From the NCBI RefSeq assembly GCF_001447785.1, contig NW_015165278.1, positions 16,620 to 80,619 of the forward strand: a stretch of DNA of 64,000 nucleotides, written 5' to 3'. The first letter of the stretch is position 1; each line of letters begins with the position of its first letter. The translations under genes and the position numbers were made by a program. Positions 39,748-51,123 of this stretch are shown here, one piece after another. Source of the stretch: Gekko japonicus. Taxonomy: Eukaryota. The notes beneath the pieces were generated by a model, which saw nothing but the letters and a program-made list of their open reading frames with translations, was not told where the DNA came from and ran no database searches.

Positions 39748-40093
39748 CTAAAGGTAAAGGTTCCCTTGCTCGAAAGTCAGTCGAATCCGACTCTAGGGTT
39801 GCAGTGCTCATCTCCGTTTCAAAGCCGAAGAGCCAGCGCTGTCCGAAGACATTTCCGTGGTCATGTGGCTGGCATGACTAAACACCAAGGCGCATGGAAC
39901 GCTGTTACCTGCCCACTGAAGTGGTACCTATTTATCTACTTGCAATTTCTTGCTTTCGAACTGCTAGGTTGGCAGGAGCTGGAACTAGAGATGGGAGCTC
40001 ACTCTGTCTTGCGGCACCCGGGTCTCGAACTGCTGAACTACCGACCTTCCACAGCCTGCAGTTCAGCATCTTAACCACTTGAGCCACCGCAGC
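39748..40093 (-). mobile_element. Sauria SINE; other copies at 23203-23523 (-), 43761-43905 (-, partial), 52384-52595 (+, TSD TATGGTA)
   Basis: (AAAGGT)n tail on the plus strand; high mutual identity. Confidence 0.9.
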
Positions 40094-40370
40094 TACCAGG
40101 GCGTCAACTCCCGCTAGGGAGCTGAGGTAGCAAACGTCACCTCCTCCTCATCTTTTGGTCAATCTCCCACCAGTGGCCTGGATCTGAAAAGACATCAGGG
40201 CACCCACCATTGTATTTTAATCAATGTGATTTGACATCTGATTTCTCTGTTTTTACACAGTATTCATCCTGTGTAAACTGTCATTTTAACATTGTTTTAA
40301 TTATACTAACTGATGTAAACCGCCCTGAGCCTGTTTATGGAAAGAGTAGTCTATAAATCAATGGAGTAAG

Positions 40371-40548
40371 GGCCTGACCTGAATAGACCAGGCTAACCCA
40401 ATCTTGGAAGCTAAGCAGGGTGGGAGACCTCCAAGGAACATCAGGGTAGTGACACGGGGGCAGGCAATGGCAAACCACCTCTGAACGTATCTTGCCTTGA
40501 AAACCCTATTGGGGTCGCCATAAGTCAGCCGCGACTTGACGGCACACA
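40371..40548 (+). mobile_element. 5S-rRNA-derived SINE with RTE-like tail; other copies at ~4650-4822, 35014-35220, 35675-36460 (split), 38135-38700 (split)
   Basis: 5S-like GAAGCTAAGCAGGG..GGGAGACC head; tail GGGTCGCCATAAGTCAG..GACTTGACGGCAC is shared with the RTE fragments. Confidence 0.8.
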
Positions 40549-41860
40549 CACAATAGGATGAGATTGTATATTTATTTATGGGCTGGGCAGTTTCACAGTA
40601 GAAATGGTGTGTGATGATAGGGCCATAACCCTGAAGGTGGGCTGTATCACTGGCAATGGGACAGCTGAGGCTCCACTTCCATTGCTAAGGTCCCACTGAA
40701 AGGGGTGAAAAGATGGTGGGATGGGATGTCCCTTCTAGAAAAAGACCATAATTCACTGGGGGTGGCGTGAACACAGGCTGCAAAGATGGGAGCAATTTTA
40801 GGGCATGAAGATAACCTCTACAGCGGGAGGAAATGACGTAATATAGGCATCCAAACAACCACATGGTAGAAAATCCTACTGCTTCTTAGGAAGACAGTAT
40901 GTATGGGGTCTCTTCCTTCCTTCCTTCCTTTGGGTCAATGCCAACCCACTGGGAGCTTATTCCACTTGACAACCATTGTAATACGTTTCTTGTGGAAGGA
41001 AGGAAGACAGCCCACAGGTTCTTACCACATTTCCCACTGTGCAGTTCCTTGGCTTCCTGAATTACTTCACAGGAGGTGTTTTTGCCATGGGTTGTGATGC
41101 TTGATGCTTGTACCAAGTGTTACAGCTTCTTCACCCATGTTTCTACGTAATACGCTGATCACCTGTACTGACCCAATGCAGTACCCACCATGGAGTGGTA
41201 TCACATGTGGGATCAGACCAGCAGTCTGTCTTGTCCAGTATCCCGTTTCCCATCATGGCTGACCAGCAGGGCGCAGATCTCAATGGCTTTCCAAGTTGCT
41301 GGCCCACACTCAGCAACTGCTGTACGGCCTCAGAATATTCAAGTCCCACTCAACTACATCACAGCTACTGGTGGACCTCTCCATGAATCTGTCTGATCAA
41401 ATCCACCTTACTGTATTTTGTTATCTGGGTATTACTTGTCTTGGATCCTGGTGCAGAAAGGTGGGTTGCCAACCTCCAGATGGGGCCTGGAGCGCTCTCA
41501 GAGTTACAAATGATCCCCAGATGACTGAGCTCAGTTTCCCTGGATAAAATGGCCACTTTGGAGGGAGGATGCAATGACATTATAACAGGCTCAGGTCCCT
41601 CTCCTCACCAAAACCACCCCCCCAATATCTCCTGGAATTTCCCAACCTGGAGTTAGCAACCGTGAAGCCAAGCTTATAAATTGTTCAAATAAATATGTAT
41701 CACTGTAATTAAGCAAACTCCGGAGCATGATGGAAGACAGGAGGGCCTGGCGTGTGATGTGGTCCATGGGGTCGCGCAGAGTCAGACTCAACTGTGCAAT
41801 TGAACAACAACAATCACTGTATCTTGTGGCAGCGATATTCACAAGACAATTAGGTAGTGA

Positions 41861-42215
41861 CAAGGGGCGGGACCCGCGATACTCGCAGGGGGGGAGGGAC
41901 CTCCACACATATGAGGCAGAGGAGGAAGCAGCAGGAGGAGGTAAGTTCCCCCCCTCCCGCCGGTTCCACCCAGATCGGAAGGGCGTCGATGAGGGAGTTC
42001 ACAGAGCCTTCCCTGCGCATGCGCAGGGGACGCTCTGTCACTTTTGGGGGGATTTAAGTATCCCCCCGATATTTTTTCCGGGTTTTTAGATTTTTGTGCA
42101 CACCTGGGGACTGCCCCAAGTGTGCACAAACATCTCCCTCCCCCCCAGGGGCCCCCGATGTGCGGAAATAAATATCCGCACACAGGGGGCACCTTGGCTA
42201 TTAGATATATATAGA
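41861..42215 (-). mobile_element. Non-autonomous Helitron
   Basis: Minus strand reads A|TCTATATATATC...CCCTGCGAGTATCGCGGG (hairpin)-8 nt-CTTG|T; inserted at an AT dinucleotide with no TSD. Confidence 0.7.
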
Positions 42216-42621
42216 TGAGACAAGACCTCATTTTGTAGAAAAGGTTCAAGACAAAGTGCTAGAGCATCTGCTTGGTATGCAGAAGGTCCCAGGTTCAATC
42301 CCTGGTATTTCCAGTTAAAAGGTCTGGCAGGAGGTGATTGTGAAAGACCTCTACCTGAGACCTTGGTGAGATGCTGCCAGTCTGAGTAGACAGTACTGAC
42401 TTTGATGGACCAAATGTCTGATTCAGTATATGGCAGTTTCCTGTGTTCATATTCTCTCCTGTGTTCCTGTGGGGGGAGGCTCAATAGTAATCCACCCCCC
42501 TAACACATTGGGAAAAGGGGGGGCAGCCTCACGCCAAGGGCAAAGCCAGTCTATGCAGAGATGCAGTGATCTATTAGGCAGCACACCCTGCATAAAACCT
42601 GGAACCCAAAAGGGCGGCAGC

Positions 42622-42827
42622 CAGTGTTCCCTCTAAGCTGAGTTGGTGTGAGCTAGCTCACAGTTTTTTAGCCTCCAGCTCACAGATTTTTGTCTTAGCT
42701 CAGGAAGGAGGGCTCCAGAGCAAACTAATTGATGCAGCAGCCAAATCACTTGCTCACAACTTTAATGCCAGTAGCTCACAAAGTAGAATTTTTGCTCACA
42801 AGACTCCACAGCTTAGAAGGAACATTG
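42622..42827 (+). mobile_element. hAT MITE family A
   Basis: TIRs and internal identity to the other copies; TSD unclear. Confidence 0.88.
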
Positions 42828-42948
42828 GTGCGGGCACCCCCACAAGGGAGGAAGACATTAGTAGCTGATTCGGAGGCCTCCCGCCCGGGCCCGGGTCTCT
42901 CCTTAACGGAGCCGCCGCCTCCCTCCTCCCCACCCCGGTTTCACTCAC

Positions 42949-43039
42949 AGGGCTGCCCCCCTTCCTTGTACTCCGCATAGATCCGGCTCCCCGAGTCCCC
43001 AGCCCTCGACTCCGCTTGCTCCCCGGCCGCCTCTCTCAT
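42949..43039 (-). CDS. C11orf97: C11orf97 homolog, coding exon 1 (MREAAGEQAESRAGDSGSRIYAEYKEGGQP-W); alternative in-frame ATG at 43087
   Basis: ATG lies in a CpG island; 91 nt to the donor CCT|gtgagt. Phase 1 joins exon 2 to make TGG (W), matching human ...GQQWKKF (recalled). Confidence 0.8.
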
Positions 43040-43410
43040 GCCTCGGCCCGCTGATGCTGCTTCTGCCGCCGCCAATGCCAGCAACATCTAAGCCCAGCAA
43101 GTGGGACGCGCAGGCCGGTTGCCATAGGAGCCCAGCCCGAAGCGGCGGCGGCGGCGGCGGAGGAGGGAGGGGAAGGGCAGAGCGCGAGACGGAATAAGGA
43201 GCTTGTGACTTGAGCGCCCCGGTGGAATTCGGGCTGAGCCAGGCAGGCAAGCCCCAGGAGGGAAGGAAACGGCGAGGAGCCGCGCCAGGCCTAGAGGGAG
43301 GGAAAGCGCCAAGGCCCGGGGCCTGCTGGGGTTGGCATGGCAACCGGGCCAGGCTAAATTCCCCGAGTGCCACAAGGCTGAGTTTGGAAGGCCCCGGGGG
43401 TTTTATATAT

Positions 43411-43536
43411 TTCAAGACGGGTGGCCGTGTGTTAGTCTGTCGGTAGCAGTAGAATAGAGTCCAGTAGCACCTTAAAGACTCACATTTGTGGGCAGGGTGG
43501 GAGCTTTCGTCAGTCACTGCTCACCTCTTCAGGCAC
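43411..43536 (-). mobile_element. Penelope pseudo-LTR fragment with hammerhead core
   Basis: Minus strand: CTGAAGA-GGTGAGCAGTGACTGAC-GAAAGCTC followed by the family tail. Confidence 0.65.
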
Positions 43537-45460
43537 CTGGAGAATACCTGTGCGAGGGTTGCCATGGGAAGGCACCCGGGATACTGAATAATAGGAAATC
43601 TACTCCTGTTACTGCCTTTTCTCTTGCAAAGTGCAGGTTACTTTAACAGCCGCATGACAGACATTCGACTGGTGAAGCTCTGTCACCAGCTGAATTTTCT
43701 TAATTCCTGCATATCACCCAGCTGTTAACAGCACAGGAGCAGTGCTGGGGTGGGGGGAAGAAGTAAAGGTAAAGGTTCCCTTGCTCGAAAGCCAGTTGAG
43801 TCCGACTCTAGGGTTGCGGTGCTCATCTCCGTTTCAAAGCCGAAGAGCCAGCGCTGTCCTAAGACATTTCCGTGGTCATGTGGCCGGCATGACTAAACAC
43901 CAAGGGCATACATGCATATTGGAGTCTTTACTGGGACTGTTTGTTAAGCACACTTCAGTGTACAAGACTACTGTTTGTGCACCTAGGCGAGTTGTTGAGG
44001 AAATGTGCATTTTGTGGTACTCTTTGAAAATGCTCTTGCATGCCTTAGCAGCTGTCTGATTCTCTGGAAATGCCTTGTTCTTATTTACTCTTTTTGTAGC
44101 CACATTTCTAGCTGAGACTCAAGGTGGAATGCAAAATAAAAAACAATGCAGTCAGACTGTATAAATGACCGGTGAGCAACACAGCAGGACTAGTATTACC
44201 AAATTAGTGGAGATAGTGTGCAACGCAACTGCCTAGCCAAGGTGTAGCGAAATTCCAAAAGCAGAAAATAATACAGTAAATTACTGTTTACTTTTTATAA
44301 CCTTGTGTGTGTGGGGGGGTTGCTGTTAACATGATAGTCTTTACCCCCCCCTCCAAGACCTTGGATCCTACTGGAAAGAGTTTAATAGAGGAACCTCACC
44401 GAAGCTAAAGTAATGGGCTTCCTGGGAATATAATGCCTTGTGTATCATGCTAGAAGAACAGGTGGGAGAGATATAAATACAATACATAAAAATAACTAGT
44501 ACATACAAAACACCTACTTTTGTCTAATAGATGGCTTGGAGACTCTCCCAACCCTTGCCTACAGTTCTTGGGGACTTTGTTATAAGGGCTATATATATCA
44601 CAAAGGTCAAGGTAGGATAAAGATACAAATTGTACACTTTTTTTTGTCCCCCCCTCCACATTTAAAGAAACATGCTGCAAGAAGGAAACATGTAGCACCA
44701 GAGACGTATTCTTAAATTCTCTCCATGTAGTTTGTAGAGAGGACAAACCCCATTTAACAGGAAGAAAAGACATAATTAAGTGACAGAGCAAAATGTATTG
44801 CATGCAGAAGGCCGCATGTTTAATCCCTGGCATCTCAGATCATCTGGGAAAAGGCCACTGCCCAACACCCTGGATTGCGTGTGTTGCGTTAAGTGCCGTC
44901 AAGTCACTTCTGACTTATGGCAACCCCGTGAATTAATGACCTCCAAAATGTACGATTGTTTACAGCCTTGCTCACGTCTTGCAAACTAAAGACCGTGGCT
45001 TCCTTCATCGTGTCGATCCATCTCGTGTTGGGTCTTCCTCTTTTCCTGCTGCCTTTGACTTTTCCTAGCATTATTGTCTTTGCCAGTGAGTCTTGTCTTC
45101 TCATAATGTGACCAGGGCTTTTTCACACAAGGTCTTTGCTCCAGCTTGGCTTCTTAACTGCCTGGCGCTGCAGCAAACACCCGATATGGAAAAGCCTCCA
45201 GCCAGAGACAATAGTGGGCTCCATAGACCAATAGTGTGACTCACTATAAGGGCAGAACCAGATGTGACACTGGGAATTCCATGAATGGCACACACAGAGA
45301 TTCCCCCCACTTTAAACAGCAAATACTTGGGACCCCAATCAAGACCAGGAGTGCAGTGCCATGGGAGATTAATCCTTCCCCACTCAGATGATTTTCCTGA
45401 CATGAAACAGTTCCTTGGCTACTATTTGTCCTGTTAGGGAAACATACAGCACTTTCATAT

Positions 45461-45636
45461 AGTTCCAGGTGGTCAGCCATGTTGGTCTGAAGCAGGAGAA
45501 CAAATTTAGAGTCCAGTGACACCTTTAAGACTAACAAAGGTTTATTCAAGGTGTGAGCTTTCGTGTGCACGAAAGCTCACACCTTGAATAAACCTTTGTT
45601 GGTCTTAAAGGTGCCGCTGGACTCTAAATTTGTTCT
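45461..45636. mobile_element. Penelope-derived near-perfect palindrome
   Basis: 69-bp arms within 45497-45636, 3 mismatches, 2-nt centre. Confidence 0.75.
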
Positions 45637-45950
45637 AGTATTTTCGTATGTTTCTGTACATGTTTGATCATATCACTTGCCAGAAAAAAACTGGGGTTCT
45701 TTCTTTCATAGCCTCAGATAAATAAACACAAACAGATTTTAAGGAAACCACATTGCACCAATTTTTACAAAAAAACCCCAAATCCCTAAACTCTAGGCAG
45801 GCCTTTATTTGGAAGTATGCACATTTGTGCATTTCCCCTAAATACTGAGAACTCCATTAGCCCTCCCAAGTACCACTCTCATCCAATCACAAATCACTTC
45901 AATTAATAATTTTGTCAAGACGGTAACAAAAGACCTCCTCAGGTTTAAAT

Positions 45951-48281
45951 TTTATTTTTAAATAAGACTCACAGAAGAATTACAGTATACCGTATTTCAA
46001 GTGTTACCTGTATAAGTTCAGTTACATTCAGTTTTCATGCAGTTTGGAAAAGTTAACAAGTATCTCACAGAAGTGTTGCTTTTTTTAAAAAAAAGTTAAA
46101 GTGAAGTTTGACAGAATCTGTATGTCATTTCATACAATAGATACTCCAGTTCTCTCCTTGGTTACAATGCACGAGGGCTTCACAGCTTTCCCTGTACAGT
46201 AGCTTGCACGACCTGAAGACATGCTATTAATTAACATATCTACATTATGCATAACCCGCTTATTGGTTGGGGATCCCAGCCAAAGAATTCTGAGACCTGC
46301 ATCTCCGTGAAGCTGCTGGCTATCCTTTTCTGAAGGCAGCTCCACATTCTCACAAAGCCGCAATCCTCAGTGTCCTTTGGAGAAAGCGGCAACAGTCACA
46401 CTGGTTCCAAAGAGGTTTAAAACGTGTGGTGTAACTGTAAGGTGGTAATCTGTAAACTGCTTAAAATCGGAGAACTGGCTTCAATATCAAACTCTGAAAA
46501 ACAAGAGAGCTTAGAATGGCAGACTTTTGCTAAGCAGTTCATTTGGCAGTGCATTCCATAAATCTCAGTGAGGCTTTGTTTCTAGTTAAAACGGTTAACA
46601 GATGACTATTTAAAAAGATGTTTCGGTGAGACTGGCATTGTAAGCACATCTGAGACACAGGGAGTTTGTTTGTAAGTACACAACCATGGTTATGTAATCC
46701 TGAGTACATCAGCTCAAATTATCACACTGTAATGCCTGAAACCTAGCCACATCTACATGCAAGGACACTCCATTTACTTCAGTGGGATTTGCTTCTGTGC
46801 AACAGATAATTAGAATTTGTGGCTTTTAAGGATTTAGGCTTCTGGACACAAGCCACTTGGCTTCAGAGTTCCCCCACTTGACCTCCCACTGAAGTTAAAT
46901 GGGTCTCCTTAAGAGAGAAGTGGATTTTGGGATACAAGTTTGGGTCATAGCCTTAAAGGAAGAATTCGACAGCAAGCAGAATGACAACATACCACAAGCA
47001 ATCCGACCTTGAGATCTATTTTTTTAAAACTTAGGGTAGATTCACACAAGACATTCAAAAAAGTGAACAAACACTCAAGAAGCAGCAGAGGACACGGAGT
47101 CCCAGCCTCACAGGTTCATCATCCCCACAAAAGTTAAACCTTAACTCCTGCAATTTTGAGCTCTCATTCAGCACATTCTCAGCCTGCTGCACAGAAAACA
47201 CACACACACACAGAGTTAATGCTGTTTCACACCTTTATACACAGCAAGCAGAAGAATGAGTTTGTGTCTACTTTTTGCCTGATACAAGTCCATATGTGTC
47301 ACAGGAAAACTGGCATACTGGGGGGGGGGGGTTAGACAACATGTACTGTGTACATGAATGTCTTCAGATTCGCACATACAAAATTATGTGAGATGTCCCT
47401 AAGTGTTTTCAAGACTGGTAACCCAATGAGTCTGACTATAGGCTACTTTTTAACTTATGAATGACACTCAAGGGCTTCCACAAGTTATTCCCATATTTGG
47501 AGCAGACGAAAGGCAAGTGATGTGTCAGCCAGACTGGAGAATGATGATACTACCAAGCGGGTCCTGGAACTTCACAGTACCTGCTCAGATGTGCCGTCTC
47601 ATGCACCAGGACTGGCTTTACTACCATAAACACCTGCTTGTGTCACCATCACGACAGAACTGCTCATCTGTGTCTCCAATTTAACCCATGAGTGGGAAAG
47701 AGTAAGGCTCTAGGACCCTATTTGCAGATCCACCTAGAAAACACTACAGCCCCTGCATCATTTTGACACGTTTAGGTGCTCTTATGACCACTTATAAAAG
47801 CCTCAATCTGTATTTATTTAAAGAAAGGCAAACAATTCATGGCAGGCATACCATATTACAGCAGAGATTGGATTAGCTCCTTTCGCACTTGGCCATAATA
47901 TTCACTGCACTGTTGATTTCAAGATGAGTCAGTCTAACGGCTGAGAAAATAGATTAGAGGGGCATCTGGTGACTTCAGTACTGTTTGGAGGTTGTTTTGG
48001 CTGTTTGTCTCTGATTTTCCTTTCCAGTTAACCGTATCCCCACCCCCAAAGCTTTTCAAGTAAAAGTGAAAAATGCTTCACAAATATAAGGGTAGTGTAG
48101 TTTATATTATTATAAAAATAATGACATCTCCACAAAATGAGACCTCATTTCAGTATTTCATAGAGTAAAGCTATACTGAGAGGCTGGGTTGAAAGCACCA
48201 ACTCTGAGTGCAATTACGAAGTGTACTTATTACAAAAAAAGGCGGCAGGAAACAATTTGGACATTCAAATGTTGACAATGA
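45951..48281 (-). other. ANKRD49: Probable long ANKRD49 3'UTR
   Basis: ~2.3 kb AT-rich stretch almost free of recognisable repeats after the stop codon, ending at AATAAA (plus-strand TTTATT 45951-45956). Confidence 0.5.
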
Positions 48282-48743
48282 CTAAGAATCCGACACAGAA
48301 TTTGTGCAACTTTCGACAATCTCGAACAGGTAGTGATAGATGTCAGTCCTGCGAGCAATATCATAGGCCGTTTCATCCAGGTTGTTTTTGAGATTTGGCT
48401 TCAAATAGCGATTCATCAGCAGGAGTTCAAGGGTTTCCTTACTCTCCCTGTTTCCTGAAGCAAGGTGCAGGGGCGTTAGCAAGCCATTGGTCTGAGCGTT
48501 GATATCTGCACCGTGTTGAAGCAAGAACGAGGCTATCTTTGTGTTGTTCCACTTGCATGCGCTGTGGAGCGGTGTCCAACTGTCCACCGTTAAAGCATGA
48601 ACATCTGCGCCATGGGCAATCAATTCACGCACAACTTCTAAGTGGCCGTTGTAGGCAGCACGGTGGAGAGGGGTGTATCGGTCTTCATCCCGGACATTTA
48701 CTGGAGCAAGATTTTCAGACAGGAGCCTTTGTACCGTGCTAAG
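48282..48743 (-). CDS. ANKRD49: Ankyrin repeat domain 49, last coding exon (ankyrin repeats)
   Basis: Acceptor ttttccacag|CTT; encodes LSTVQRLLSE..YTPLHRAAY..WTPLHSACKWNN..LTPLHLAS..YHYLFEIVESCTNSVSDS*; 462 nt. Confidence 0.96.
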   Translation of the reverse strand, partial: LSTVQRLLSENLAPVNVRDEDRYTPLHRAAYNGHLEVVRELIAHGADVHALTVDSWTPLHSACKWNNTKIASFLLQHGADINAQTNGLLTPLHLASGNRESKETLELLLMNRYLKPNLKNNLDETAYDIARRTDIYHYLFEIVESCTNSVSDS

Positions 48744-48781
48744 CTGTGGAAAAGAGGCAGATTATATTGAGCCTATGGGCT

Positions 48782-48974
48782 CAGAGGTTCCCAAACTTAT
48801 TTGGCCTACCGCCCCCTTTTCAAAAAAAAAAATTACTCAACGCCCACATGGACATCTACCTTCAAGAAGCGAACAAAAAGATGCATTTTGTGGATCTGCA
48901 CCTGGATCGTTCCAGCCCACCTGGATCGTTCCAGTGCCCCCAAGGGGGCGATATTGCCCACTTTGGGAACCAGT
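48782..48974. mobile_element. hAT-like MITE
   Basis: Termini CAGAGGTTCCCAAA / TTTGGGAACCAGTG. Confidence 0.6.
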
Positions 48975-48999
48975 GGATGAACCAGTTTCAGAGCCAGTG

Positions 49000-49590
49000 C
49001 AGAAGAGAAGAAAAGAAGAGATTGGATTTATACCCCGCCCTTCACTACCCAAAGGAGTCTCAGAACAATTTACAATCTCCTTTCCCTTCCCCTCCCCACA
49101 ACAGACACCCTGTGAGGTAGGTGGGGCTGAGAGAGTTCTTTCGAGAACTGCTCGTGAGAGAACAGCTCTGAGAGAACTTATGACTGACCCAAGGTCACAC
49201 CAGCAGATGCGAGTGGAGGAGTGGGGAATCAAACCCGGTTCTCCCAGATTTGAATCCACACTCCTAAGCACTACACCAAACTGGCAAAAGATAAAGTGCT
49301 GCCTTTGGTGCCAGTTTGGTGTAGTGGTTAAGTGCGTGGACTCTAATCTGGGAGAACGGGGTTTGATTCCCCACTCCTCCACTTGCACCTGCTGATGTGA
49401 CCTTGGGTCAGTCACAAGCTCTGGCACAGCTGTCCTTGAAAAAGAGCAGTTTCTGTCAGAGTTCTCTCAGCGCCACCCACCTCACAGGGTGTCTGTTGTG
49501 GGGAGGGGAAGGGAAAGGAGTTTGTAAGCCACTCTGAGACTCCGAGTGAAGGGCGGGGCATAAATCCAATCTCCTCCTCCTCCTCCTCCT
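49000..49590. mobile_element. Head-to-head pair of Squam3-like tRNA/CORE SINEs (49000-49286 -, 49309-49590 +)
   Basis: Head GCCAGTTTGGTGTAGTGGTTAAG..GGTTTGATTCCCC with (TTC/TCC)n tails. Other copies at 3240-3527, 3846-4048, 12410-12683, 20274-20535, 20995-21175, 25292-25582, 26587-27275, 28650-28830, 33060-33187, 34712-34825 and 55095-55590. Confidence 0.88.
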
Positions 49591-50235
49591 TTGACTGCTG
49601 AAGACTCCAGCCCCTTAATCACCTTGGTTGCCTTTTTACTCTTCCTAGCTCTGCAACTTTTTTGAGATACGGCAATCAGACCTGCATACCACATTTGTCC
49701 AACTGATCAAAGTCAGACTGTTGCAAGGATAAAAAGAGGTAACGCTGACAGCAGCATTACATAACGCTGCATAAATTAGTGATTTTTGTCATGATGTACA
49801 GAAGACAGTGAGACAAGCTTCTGGAAAATGCAAATTCATCTACAAAACCTCCAGTTATTGTGGCAACTAATTCAAAGGCCGACGGTGCATCTGGAACTTG
49901 AAAAGCAGGGTTCAAATGTCATTGCAACCTTGTGTCTTCTTTTAGTGACCCCAGGCAAGACACTACCCATTACAATATCATGCCACCCTTCCTCCCAAGA
50001 GCTCAGGAAAGCGCAATGGGGTTCTTCCCTCCTCCATTTTATCTTCACAACACCTCTGCGAGGTAGAGTAAGGTGACAGAAAGTGGGGTGACTGGTCACT
50101 CACAGTGCAACCCCAAGCAGAGTTACACCCAAGTCCATTGGCATTCGTGGCCTCCGACTCCATTATTATGTGTAACTCTGTTTAGGATTGCACTGTCAGT
50201 GAAGCCTGAACTACATTTTGCATGTGGTCCCAACC

Positions 50236-50440
50236 AATGTTCCCTCTAAGCTGTGGAGTCTTGTGAGCACAAATTCTACTTTGTGAGGGGCTGGCCTTAA
50301 AGCTGTGAGCGAGCGAGTTGGCTTCTGCATAAATTAGTTTGCTCTGGAGCCGTCTTTCCTGAGCTGAGATAAAAATGTGTGAGCTAGAGGCTAAAAAACT
50401 GTGAGCTGGCTCACACTAACTCAGCTTAGAGGGAACACTG
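50236..50440 (-). mobile_element. hAT MITE family A
   Basis: TIRs; 8-bp TSD GTCCCAAC. Confidence 0.9.
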
Positions 50441-50862
50441 GTCCCAACAGGGACTTGAAGCAGGATGCTCCATGGCAACTCAGTTTGCAGCACCGCGGGG
50501 CCCCAGTTCTGGTTGTGCCAATGGCACTGGGTGCGGGAGGAGCTTCTACACCATAATCCCGACCAGAATTGGGCCAACGCAGCACTTCTAGATTGGGTTG
50601 CCATGGGAACTCACAGCTGGCATCCTGCTGCAAGTCATCCTTTGGGTCCACATGTAAAATGTCACTTGCAGTCTGGGCCTGAGTTTCTTGGCCGAAGAGA
50701 GACGAACTCTGGTCTCTCTAGTCCTACTGGCACTCAAACCACTAGAGCGCACCGGTTTTCATGAAACGAGAGTCCAGAATTCTTAACTGTCTGAGCATAG
50801 CCTTACTTAACTGTCTGCACAGGCCTTACTTAAGACCATTCCAAACATTCACCAATACTTAC

Positions 50863-51123
50863 TCGATTTTTTTCAGCTGCCCAGAGCAAGAGCTTATCTG
50901 GGTTGTTCTCCAGCTTTTTCTCTTGGGCTTGGTACCACTCCTCATTTTTTTCATCCTGATCATCCTCATCAGAATCTCCAGACCAAAGACTCTGTGTTCC
51001 GGTGGGGATCAGGTGCCTGTGCGTCTCCAGCAATTCCAGTTGGTTAAAGCTCTCGGCAAAGTCTGTATCATCTTTCGCCTCCTCGTCGATATTCTTCTCC
51101 GTCAATTCCTCGCTTTCATCCAT
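50863..51123 (-). CDS. ANKRD49: ANKRD49 first coding exon (MDESEE...FNQLELLETHRHLIPTGTQSLW...LLLWAAEKNR)
   Basis: aagATGG start at 51123, donor CGA|gtaagt, phase 0; total protein 240 aa. Probable acceptor at ~51147. Confidence 0.95.

Larger units (their letters stand above)
42830..43580. promoter_or_regulatory. C11orf97 CpG-island promoter with three RFX X-box-like motifs
   Basis: CpG-rich with a (GGC)n run; GTTGCCATAGGAGC 43118-43131, GTTGGCATGGCAAC 43331-43344, GTTGCCATGGGAAG 43558-43571. Confidence 0.75.

Noticed and set aside
48673-49427. 240-aa and 196-aa ORFs
   Set aside because: Made of antisense ANKRD49 plus MITE and SINE sequence; the same peptides recur at every SINE copy.
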